Shown: one piece after another, positions 37,774 to 45,435 of the stretch
Numbering within the stretch: the stretch's first letter is position 1
Layout: the number at the start of each line of letters is the position of its first letter
From: Candidatus Micrarchaeota archaeon
GTDB taxonomy: Archaea > Micrarchaeota > Micrarchaeia > Micrarchaeales > CABMGC01
Direction: 5' to 3'
Assembly (NCBI GenBank): GCA_021801765.1
Contig: JAJYXO010000029.1
Coordinates: 1-45,435 of the forward strand
Length of the DNA: 45,435 nucleotides
The notes under the pieces: model-generated
Told to the model about the DNA's origin: nothing
What the model saw: only the letters and a program-made list of their open reading frames with translations
Database searches by the model: none
Made by a program: the position numbers and the translations under genes

Positions 37774-38505
37774 ATGGCGATTGACATTCATGGCAAGGTT
37801 GTGGATTATAAAAAATTCACCATAGTGCTGCCTACCCTAAATGAAGAAGAGACAGCGCCTAGGCTAGTGCATAAATTGATGGATAGGTACAAAGGAATAC
37901 ACATAATAGTAGAGGACGACAGCAGCGATGCCACCACAGCAGAAAAGATAAGGAAAATAGCTTCTGGTAGCAAGAGCGTTAAGATAGTCCGCAGGCGTGA
38001 AATGCAGAAGATCAAAGGTCTTTCTTCAAGCGTGATAGACGGAATACTCTCTAGCGATACCGAATACTCCATAGTTATGGATGCGGATTTCCAGCATCCA
38101 TACGAGAAGGTAGCAGATATAGCCAGAAAACTTGATGAAGGATACAACATCGTAGTGGCAAACAGGAAGGAGGTAAAAGAATGGCCGCTTTACAGGAAGA
38201 TAATATCACTCACACTGATTCGCCTAGCAGACTTTATACTAACCGCAGAAGGGAGGCAGCGGTGCGATGATGTATTCTCCGGGTTCTTCGGCGTTAGATG
38301 CAATTTCTTCGCTAACATCTACCGCAATAACAGCAAGAGATTTGTCAAGAATGGATTCAAGATCCTCTTCGACTTGCTCAAATGCATAGATAAGGGCAGC
38401 ATAAAAATATGCAATGTGCCATACTCGTTCGGAACGAGGGGAGGCGGGAGCTCAAAGGCAGGAGTCAAACAGGCTATGGCCCTATTGAAGTCTTTTATAA
38501 CCTGA
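37774..38505 (+). CDS. Glycosyltransferase family 2, polyprenol-phosphate glycosyltransferase (DPM1-like)
   Basis: IVLPTLNEE, VEDDSSD, GLSSSVIDG, VMDADFQHP, SGFF, GFKILFD, FGTRGGGSSK. Confidence 0.88.
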   Translation: MAIDIHGKVVDYKKFTIVLPTLNEEETAPRLVHKLMDRYKGIHIIVEDDSSDATTAEKIRKIASGSKSVKIVRRREMQKIKGLSSSVIDGILSSDTEYSIVMDADFQHPYEKVADIARKLDEGYNIVVANRKEVKEWPLYRKIISLTLIRLADFILTAEGRQRCDDVFSGFFGVRCNFFANIYRNNSKRFVKNGFKILFDLLKCIDKGSIKICNVPYSFGTRGGGSSKAGVKQAMALLKSFIT

Positions 38506-38555
38506 CATCGCAGCGTACTTTCAATAGCAACTGATTTAGCCTTTTTCACATACTT

Positions 38556-39008
38556 ATGGATAAAGCGCTGATGCAGATGAAATTCAAGTATGTTTCACAT
38601 ACTGCTGACGAGGCATTTATAGCTTACGGGCCCACATTCGAAGCCGCAATAGAAAACGCTGTGCTTGCCATGCTGGGAATAGCTTTAGATACGGGGAAGC
38701 TAAGCAAAGGACCTGGGGCTCCGCGGTCAATCCTTATAAAGGAAAAAGCAGCTACGATGAATGAGCTCGCATGGTTCATCCTTCAGGACATCCTTACCGT
38801 GCGCGATGCAAGATCTATAGGAGCATACAAGTTCGATATAACCAAGTTAAGCAAAGACAGCAAGGGGTACTCTATAAGCGGAAAGCTCTGGTATAAACCG
38901 CTGAGGGAGGATTACATGCGCACTGACATCAAGGCAGTACCTGCATATGGCCTGAAAGTCTCAGAAGGAAAGAAAGGATACTCTATAAATGCCGTGATAG
39001 ATATCTAA
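38556..39008 (+). CDS. Archease (RtcB cofactor)
   Basis: FKYVSHTAD.AF.AYG.TFE, DIKAV, C-terminal VIDI. Confidence 0.88.
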   Translation: MDKALMQMKFKYVSHTADEAFIAYGPTFEAAIENAVLAMLGIALDTGKLSKGPGAPRSILIKEKAATMNELAWFILQDILTVRDARSIGAYKFDITKLSKDSKGYSISGKLWYKPLREDYMRTDIKAVPAYGLKVSEGKKGYSINAVIDI

Positions 39009-39129
39009 AGCTTGACACCTGACGCATCAAAAGCAATGCGTATATATCTGCGAATTCTATATTATATATTGAAGGCAAATGAAAATTGCTCTGTGCCTGT
39101 TTGGCAGCTTTTGTTTCAATGCCTTCCAA

Positions 39130-39224
39130 TACTGCGATGCAGTGCGATGCGGCAAAGCAGGCTGATACTTCCTTAACAAAGTGGGCGGGAAATCCCATAC
39201 CGTTTACGGGCGGAAGGATGTCAC
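39130..39224 (+). mobile_element. Second orphan IS200/IS605 right end or omega-RNA remnant
   Basis: GGAAATCCCATACCGTTTACGGGCGGAAGGATGTCAC (CCG-TTTA-CGG hairpin plus GGATGTCAC, same terminus as 6925-6965); 5' limit uncertain. Confidence 0.6.
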
Positions 39225-39260
39225 GATACTAATTTATGCATTTAAGCTACAAGGAGATAT

Positions 39261-39836
39261 ATGGGTTCCACAATCCGATGCGATTGGGCGTTAGCAGGCA
39301 AGAGTCAGATATACATCGATTATCACGATAAAGAATGGGGCGTCCCAGTGCATGACGATCGCCTCCTATTCGAGTTCCTTATCCTCGAAGGGGCTCAGGC
39401 GGGCCTGAGTTGGCTCACAGTGCTTAAAAAACGCGAAAACTATCGGAAAGCCTTCGACGGGTTCGATCCGAAGAAGATCTCCAGATATGATGAAAAGAAG
39501 ATAGAGAGCCTGCTGACAGATCCTGGGATAATAAGGAACAGGTTGAAGATAAGGGCTGCAGTAGAGAATGCAAAGAGATTTATAGAAACCCGCCAAGAAT
39601 TTGGCACTTTTGACGAATACATATGGGGTTTTATGCCAGGCAGAAGACGAATTAGGAACAGATGGGCATCTGTGAAAGAGCTGCCTGCCAGAACAAAAGA
39701 ATCCGACGCCCTCAGCAAGGACCTGCTGAAAAGAGGATTCAAATTTGTGGGCTCTACAATATGCTACGCACATATGCAGGCTACTGGAATGGTCAACGAT
39801 CACATAACACGTTGCTTCAGATACAATCAGGTTTAA
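39261..39836 (+). CDS. tag: DNA-3-methyladenine glycosylase I
   Basis: RCDWA, YHDKEWGVP, LEGAQAGLSW, IIRNRLKI, GFKFVGSTICYA.MQATGMVNDH...C. Confidence 0.97.
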   Translation: MGSTIRCDWALAGKSQIYIDYHDKEWGVPVHDDRLLFEFLILEGAQAGLSWLTVLKKRENYRKAFDGFDPKKISRYDEKKIESLLTDPGIIRNRLKIRAAVENAKRFIETRQEFGTFDEYIWGFMPGRRRIRNRWASVKELPARTKESDALSKDLLKRGFKFVGSTICYAHMQATGMVNDHITRCFRYNQV

Positions 39837-39906
39837 GCCAGGGAAGGGAGTTGAACCCCTCTACGCCGCTCTGCAGGCGGCTGCATAGCCGATCTGCCAC
39901 CCTGGC
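39836..39906 (-). tRNA. tRNA-Cys(GCA)
   Basis: GCCAGGG acceptor, GCCGC-CTGCAGA-GCGGC anticodon arm, GTTCAACTC T-loop, U discriminator. Confidence 0.93.
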
Positions 39907-40070
39907 AATACTGTGTACACTCGACAAGATTCTAATGTACGTAGCAGTATCTGATATATCAAACTACATTTATAAGTTTATACGCGCCGCGCATCTATAA
40001 CTGGTCATATCACTTTCAGAACCGCTATAGGTTTATAAAGTGTGTCGCCCAGATATAATTCGTGATTCGC

Positions 40071-41234
40071 ATGCAAATTCCGTTTGAATCTATACCAAAG
40101 GAGTTTATCTCATCAACTGCTTTTTATGATTACAAAGAGCCCATCACATCTGCAGTAGACAAAATAAACAAGTACGGCGCGGTAGTAGTCACAAAAGATG
40201 GCAAATACTATGGCATTGTAGACGATAGAACTATCTCCAGGAAAGGAACGAACATATCAAAGAACATGGCCATTGGAAACTTTGCTTCAAAGCTCTATGC
40301 GCTAGGAAAGGCAGACACCCTTGAACGCGCCATTTACATTATGTACGAGTCCAGGACAAAAGCGTTGCCATATATTGACAATGGAAATGTTTCTGGGATA
40401 ATAAAAAGGGAGACAATGCTCAAGGCAATCCTTTCTTTGCATCTCCTCTCAGAATATAAGGTTGAGACGTTAATGTCCACTCCTATCCTTGCGATAGACT
40501 CCAACTCTACGGCATCGCAGGCTCAGGCTGCAATGGCGCGCGGGCAGGTTTCGCGCCTTCTTGTAACTTCTGGCCATGGTTTCGGGCTCATAACCTACAA
40601 AAGCATCTTCGGAAAGGCAGCTAAGATAAGAGAAAGGGCGCAGAAATACAGCAAAGCAGATCAGAGGGGCGGAAAATCTGGAGCCTATGCCTCTGGCGGT
40701 CCGAAAGTATACGAGCTCTCAGAGAACAATGCGCACACTATTCAATACAACGGCACAGTGGAAGATGCGATAAGGCTGATGGTAGAGCATAACATCTCTT
40801 CCCTTATAGTAGTTAAGAAAGAGAAGCCTATCGGAATAATGACAGTCAGGGATATCTTTGAAGCTATAATAAAGGAGAGCTTGGTGCATAAGGACAACAT
40901 AATGGTCTCTGGCATCGACAAATACACGCAAGAGTATGAAGGCGATATAAGAAATGCGCTAGACAAATTGGATGAGCGCATAGACCGATTCCACGATCTT
41001 AAGGCAGATGCGATAGCATTCCATGTGAAAAGGTCAAAGTCGCGCAATTACGAAATGCACCTGCGCATATGGCTAAATAAAAGAGGCGCTGTCTCTGTGC
41101 ATGCAAATGGATACTCTATAGATTCTGCGATGAAAGACCTCACTGAAAAAGCGTACAAGTTCATAAAGGAGAAAAAGGAACTGGTGCAGGCTACTGCTAG
41201 GCAAAGTAAAAGGGAGTACGATGAAGAAGAGTAG
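40071..41234 (+). CDS. Four-CBS-domain protein with C-terminal HPF/RaiA-like domain (ribosome hibernation factor candidate)
   Basis: CBS repeats (YYGIVDDR, VSGIIKRE, FGLITYK, SLIVV..KPIGIMTVRDI); C-terminal IMVSG...IRNALDKLDERI...AFHVK...YEMHLRI...SVHANGYSIDSAMKDL follows the HPF beta-alpha-beta-beta-beta-alpha pattern. Alternative GTG start at 40062. Confidence 0.75.
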   Translation: MQIPFESIPKEFISSTAFYDYKEPITSAVDKINKYGAVVVTKDGKYYGIVDDRTISRKGTNISKNMAIGNFASKLYALGKADTLERAIYIMYESRTKALPYIDNGNVSGIIKRETMLKAILSLHLLSEYKVETLMSTPILAIDSNSTASQAQAAMARGQVSRLLVTSGHGFGLITYKSIFGKAAKIRERAQKYSKADQRGGKSGAYASGGPKVYELSENNAHTIQYNGTVEDAIRLMVEHNISSLIVVKKEKPIGIMTVRDIFEAIIKESLVHKDNIMVSGIDKYTQEYEGDIRNALDKLDERIDRFHDLKADAIAFHVKRSKSRNYEMHLRIWLNKRGAVSVHANGYSIDSAMKDLTEKAYKFIKEKKELVQATARQSKREYDEEE

Positions 41235-41685
41235 GCTACAATCGAGCTTCGAGTTGTTGATGACGCTATCATTTGGACTTGCAATACTCACTCCACTGGT
41301 ACTTATAGCATTCCTACAGCTATCTAACGCGAATGTATCTCTTTCTTCTATAGAAGCACAGCAGGCCGCCGACAAGCTCGCAAGCGTCTCTGCGATAATA
41401 GGCAGCGAGGGGCCCCCTGCAAAACAGACAGTGCAGATAAACATGCCCCCAGGTGTGAAGTACATCTATGTTGGCACTTCATCAGATAATGTCGGCCATG
41501 TAATAATATTTGTAGTTATTTCCCAGACTGGCCTAAGCGATGTAACTGCATATTCTCCAATAAACGTGAGCGGCAACCTTGGAGGAATAACCTCACCTGG
41601 CACATACCTGGTTAACGTAAGCTCCGAGTCCACCTGCCCATCACAGCTAAGCGTTGGATGCGTATACCTTTCTCCAGCCGTATAG
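41221..41685 (+). CDS. Class III signal-peptide (pilin-like) protein
   Basis: KKSRLQSSFELLMTLSFGLAIL leader; GSEGPPAK..INMPPGV typical of archaeal minor pilins. Confidence 0.82.
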   Translation: MKKSRLQSSFELLMTLSFGLAILTPLVLIAFLQLSNANVSLSSIEAQQAADKLASVSAIIGSEGPPAKQTVQINMPPGVKYIYVGTSSDNVGHVIIFVVISQTGLSDVTAYSPINVSGNLGGITSPGTYLVNVSSESTCPSQLSVGCVYLSPAV

Positions 41686-41694
41686 GGTGCAGAA

Positions 41695-44600
41695 GTGAGA
41701 TTACAGATATCACTCGAATTCATGCTTGTCTTCACGTTCGTCACTACAATCTTTCTATTTGTGACCACAATGGTCTTGGATCAAAAAGCTGTCATAACCA
41801 ACCAGCAGACATTTGCAAATCTTCAGATGGTGGCACAAAGCATAGCCCATCAGCTGAATATTGCATCCAAAGCAGGAAGCGGATATGCCGCCAATATACC
41901 TATATCCTCTGCGTTCGGTATAAATCTCTACAACATAACCATAACTAGATCCGGGACTGTTATAGCTTATGCAAAATATGGCCGGCAGTTCATAAACGCA
42001 GTTGCATATTCAAACTCCCAAGGCGTATACGCATCCAATGACATAAATACCAATTATCTCATGCTGCAGAACTCCTTCGGCGAGATATGTGTTGACATCA
42101 TCTGCGCAAACTCCACTTCAGGCGCTGCGCAGATAAGCCTCTCATCTATATCCACGCATGCTGCATTGCTGAATGGCAACAGCGGCTATATACAGTTGCA
42201 GTCGCAGCCTAGTTGGTCTACTGCATTGACTGTTTCAGCCTGGATAAATACTAAGGCAACACCGTCTACTGGCAACTATTTCGAGATATTCAACAACAAT
42301 CAGGTCTTTATGAGAATTTCAGGAGATCCTACGGACCATTCGGTAGACTGCTTTGTCAAACTTTCCGATGGGTCTGTGGAACCAAGGGCAACTAGCGGAA
42401 TAGTGCCTTTGCCTAATTCATGGTATATGGCCACATGTACCTGGGCAAGCAATACGCTCTCCATCTATGTTAACGGGAAATTGGAGGACACATCGTCTAG
42501 AGCAGGCACGCTTGCATCATCTACAGTAGGTCCGTATATAGGAAGCTCTGAGCAGGCTATCCTGCCTCCTCACAATACATGGAATGGGCTTATAAGCAAC
42601 GTACAGCTATATGGAACCGGACTCTCAAGCCAGCAAGTGCATTCCCTCTACCAAGAAGGGATAAACGCACAGCCAATTTCAGGAGCAGGCATCTTGGGCT
42701 GGTATCCTCTGGATGGCAACGCCAATGACTACTCCGGAAACGGCAATAACGGCTACATACATGGCCCAGTGCTCTTCCCTGCCGTGAGCGAGCTTCAGGC
42801 CAAAGCTACTAACAAAGAAGGATACGCTATCTCAAATGTGCTGATTGGCTTTGCAACAACCCTTGGCAATTTCACCTTTGGACAATCATATGCAAACTAC
42901 ACCGATGCGAATGGAATAGCAAGAGCATTCCTCACCCAGCAAGGTGCCAATGGGTATGCGAGGGTAAAGGCAACGCTATACACCGAAAACATCAGCACAT
43001 CCAACAGCCTTGTCGGCTGGTGGCCCCTCAATCTAGATCAAGGCAATTTTGCACAGGACATTAGCGGATACGGCAGCACGGCAAATATGATCTACGCTTC
43101 ATGGAGCAACCCTGCAAGCGTGGCTCAATTCAACGGGAGGGATTCTTACGTAAGCCTTGGCAACTCCCTTGTGCTTAACACAGGCCAAGTTACTGTAAGC
43201 GGCTGGGTCTACATAAACTCAACATCCGTAGATGGAAACAGACACGACTTGTTTGATGACTCTGAATCTACTTCTGATTTGGGCACCGGAGGAGGAATAG
43301 TCTTTGCCATGCCAAGCGAATCAAGCCAAGGGGAAGACATACATTTCTGGGTCACAATAAATTCCCCGCATAATTGGTATGCTGCTAATGCGCCTATCAT
43401 AACAAACAGATGGGCATTCGTAACTGGTACGTACAACGGCAGCGATGTTAACCTTTTCATAAACGGCCAGCTTGCAGATAGCTACCCTATATCCGGCAGC
43501 TTTCTCCAGCCTCAAGGTTCAAGCTTCATAGGCTCATGCGAGCAGTTTGTGCAAGGCGGATACTGCGGCGAGGCAGCAAATGGTTATGTTACAAACCCAT
43601 TCAATGGCAAAGCAGCAGACCTGCAGATATATAATATTGCGCTTACCCCGTCACAGGTTAAGACCCTCTATGGAGAAGGCATGTCTGCCCCTCCCATAAT
43701 GAGCGCAAATGCTATTGGATGGTATCCTTTGAATGGCAATGCCAATGACTACTCTGGAAACGGATACAATGGCACTATCGCTGGCGGTACGCTATTTGTG
43801 CCTCTGAACAGCCAGCAGTCAGAATCTTCAAATATCAATGCAAGCAGCATGCTAAGCGCAAGTTTCAACGGCGTTAGCAGCTATGTTGCAATACCTCCGA
43901 GCAAATCCTTAGATATAACTGGAAATGTTATCTCATTAGATGCCTGGGTGCGAATCTCCGCACCCTCGAGCCTAAGCGAGGTAATATCAAATGAACCTAC
44001 AGGCGGCGGCTACTATATGTGGATTGATAGCACATACCGCGTGCATTTCGGATTCAACCATGGAACAGGGGAGGTTGTATCTTATGCTCCGCTGCTGCAA
44101 GGCAGGTGGTACAATCTCGCTGGGGTATACAATGGCACAAAGCTCTCAATATATATTGACGGTGAAGAATCAAATTCAATATCTGCATCATTGCCAATAA
44201 GCAATGCCAATTGGACATTCATAGGCGCCTATGGCGGCAACACGGTAAGCGCATACACAGATTTCATAAAGGGCAATATCTCAGATGTTCAGATATATGA
44301 CAGCGCTCTACCTCCTGCTGATGTCTCAAGTCTCTATCAAGAGGGAATGGCAGGTCTTCCATTAAACAATGCAAACCTCTCTGGCTGGTGGACGCTGGAC
44401 GGCAGCGCCAACGACTATTCCTCCAATGCAAACACCGGCAATGCCGTAAACGTGACATACTCCTCTCAACAATCCGTACCAATTTCGATGCTATACTCCC
44501 TGAGCGGCTACGGGGCTGATTTCAACGATAGCACCATAATAGCAGCATCACCAAACTCCATGACCAACAACTGGGCCAAAGGCTGGACCATCGGAGGGTG

Positions 44601-45435
44601 GATCCAGTACACAGCAACAAACTCGATAGGCATATGTGGATATATGGGGGGAGTCCAACAGAATGCTGGCACTCCAAGATTCGGGGTAGCAGCAGGGTGT
44701 GATCGCGCCTACCCATTGCCATACGTGGAGCTTATAAACTCCGGAGGCTCAAATTGCAATACGTTTAGCACGAGCAATCAAGCTCTCCAGCCAAATACAT
44801 GGTATTATCTCACTGGAACTTGGAACTCCACCACTGGCAAGATTGAGCTTTACGTAAATGGCATGCTATACGCTGAAAATCAATGTCCTACTGGCACATG
44901 GAATCCCTCCTCTATAACTCCAGGCAGCCCATTCAACTATGTTATTGGCGGAGTAGGCGGGACCAAATTTACTGGCAGAATAGCCAATTTAATGCTGTAC
45001 AATGAGTCCCTGCCAGCCTCCGAGATATACAAAATGTATGCAAATGGTATACCCCCTGACGCAACAGCCACAATTCCGCTTGCCTATGCGACCCAGGCTC
45101 CCGCATTTAACATTCCCCAAACTATACCTTTTGTAACATATACTGCAAATGCAGTGATAACTACTGGCAACCAGAATACATTCACTTACACGGTAAATAA
45201 AAACGGAGATCAGACGCTGATTATGATAGCCTCTGCAGGAGACGGCATAAGCGTTACAACCCCTTCTGGCTGCAGCACCATAGTAAACAGCACCGATCCA
45301 TACCAGGGATTCTCTGTATTGAACTGCCCTGACCAATCCTCCGGGCAGCATTCTGCAACTCTGACGGCCCTTAGCGGTTATGGCACTGCCTACATCTCTT
45401 ATGCTGCTTATGTGCTTTCACAACCGCCCCCTGGA
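41695..45435 (+). CDS. Giant pilin-anchored adhesin with four LamG/concanavalin-like domains and one Big-1/invasin-like domain; 3'-truncated (at least 1247 aa, absent from the ORF track)
   Basis: GTG start, MRLQISLEFMLVF class III leader; no stop to the window end; repeated TVSAW/W..(G)TY/.YVNG/ISNVQLY..L....V..LY/GWYPLDGNANDYSGNG motifs; NYTDANGIARAFLT Ig-like insert. Confidence 0.88.
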   Translation, partial: MRLQISLEFMLVFTFVTTIFLFVTTMVLDQKAVITNQQTFANLQMVAQSIAHQLNIASKAGSGYAANIPISSAFGINLYNITITRSGTVIAYAKYGRQFINAVAYSNSQGVYASNDINTNYLMLQNSFGEICVDIICANSTSGAAQISLSSISTHAALLNGNSGYIQLQSQPSWSTALTVSAWINTKATPSTGNYFEIFNNNQVFMRISGDPTDHSVDCFVKLSDGSVEPRATSGIVPLPNSWYMATCTWASNTLSIYVNGKLEDTSSRAGTLASSTVGPYIGSSEQAILPPHNTWNGLISNVQLYGTGLSSQQVHSLYQEGINAQPISGAGILGWYPLDGNANDYSGNGNNGYIHGPVLFPAVSELQAKATNKEGYAISNVLIGFATTLGNFTFGQSYANYTDANGIARAFLTQQGANGYARVKATLYTENISTSNSLVGWWPLNLDQGNFAQDISGYGSTANMIYASWSNPASVAQFNGRDSYVSLGNSLVLNTGQVTVSGWVYINSTSVDGNRHDLFDDSESTSDLGTGGGIVFAMPSESSQGEDIHFWVTINSPHNWYAANAPIITNRWAFVTGTYNGSDVNLFINGQLADSYPISGSFLQPQGSSFIGSCEQFVQGGYCGEAANGYVTNPFNGKAADLQIYNIALTPSQVKTLYGEGMSAPPIMSANAIGWYPLNGNANDYSGNGYNGTIAGGTLFVPLNSQQSESSNINASSMLSASFNGVSSYVAIPPSKSLDITGNVISLDAWVRISAPSSLSEVISNEPTGGGYYMWIDSTYRVHFGFNHGTGEVVSYAPLLQGRWYNLAGVYNGTKLSIYIDGEESNSISASLPISNANWTFIGAYGGNTVSAYTDFIKGNISDVQIYDSALPPADVSSLYQEGMAGLPLNNANLSGWWTLDGSANDYSSNANTGNAVNVTYSSQQSVPISMLYSLSGYGADFNDSTIIAASPNSMTNNWAKGWTIGGWIQYTATNSIGICGYMGGVQQNAGTPRFGVAAGCDRAYPLPYVELINSGGSNCNTFSTSNQALQPNTWYYLTGTWNSTTGKIELYVNGMLYAENQCPTGTWNPSSITPGSPFNYVIGGVGGTKFTGRIANLMLYNESLPASEIYKMYANGIPPDATATIPLAYATQAPAFNIPQTIPFVTYTANAVITTGNQNTFTYTVNKNGDQTLIMIASAGDGISVTTPSGCSTIVNSTDPYQGFSVLNCPDQSSGQHSATLTALSGYGTAYISYAAYVLSQPPPG

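Overview
Archaeal chromosomal window. It is most consistent with a DPANN/Micrarchaeota-type genome (inference from aIF2-gamma, S6e, L40e, L10e, Cdc48, Dph2, archease, PAC2, several class III signal-peptide pilins, a giant LamG adhesin and intron-bearing tRNAs). Housekeeping content includes translation genes, an acnA-icd-mqo TCA operon, idi and mvaD, pyrBI, glycosyltransferases and four tRNAs: Leu-TAA with a D-loop intron, Thr-GGT, Thr-CGT with a canonical intron, and Cys-GCA. Best candidate for an undescribed system: a tightly coupled, AT-rich 7-gene operon (16037-22571) encoding a VirB2/CedA1-like pilin, a CedA/VirB6-like channel and two HerA/VirB4/VirD4-like ATPases, with no relaxase or integrase, i.e. 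a Ced/Ted-like or T4SS-derived transfer apparatus in a putative symbiotic archaeon. Also notable: a SNF2 ATPase carrying near-identical 88-aa tandem repeats with focal hypervariable residues, a membrane-anchored GH73/FlgJ-like glycan hydrolase, two orphan IS200/IS605 (TnpB omega-RNA-type) right ends, a CBS plus HPF-like ribosome hibernation factor candidate and an unannotated 44-aa Cys/His-rich microprotein. All family assignments come from reading motifs by eye; no searches were run.
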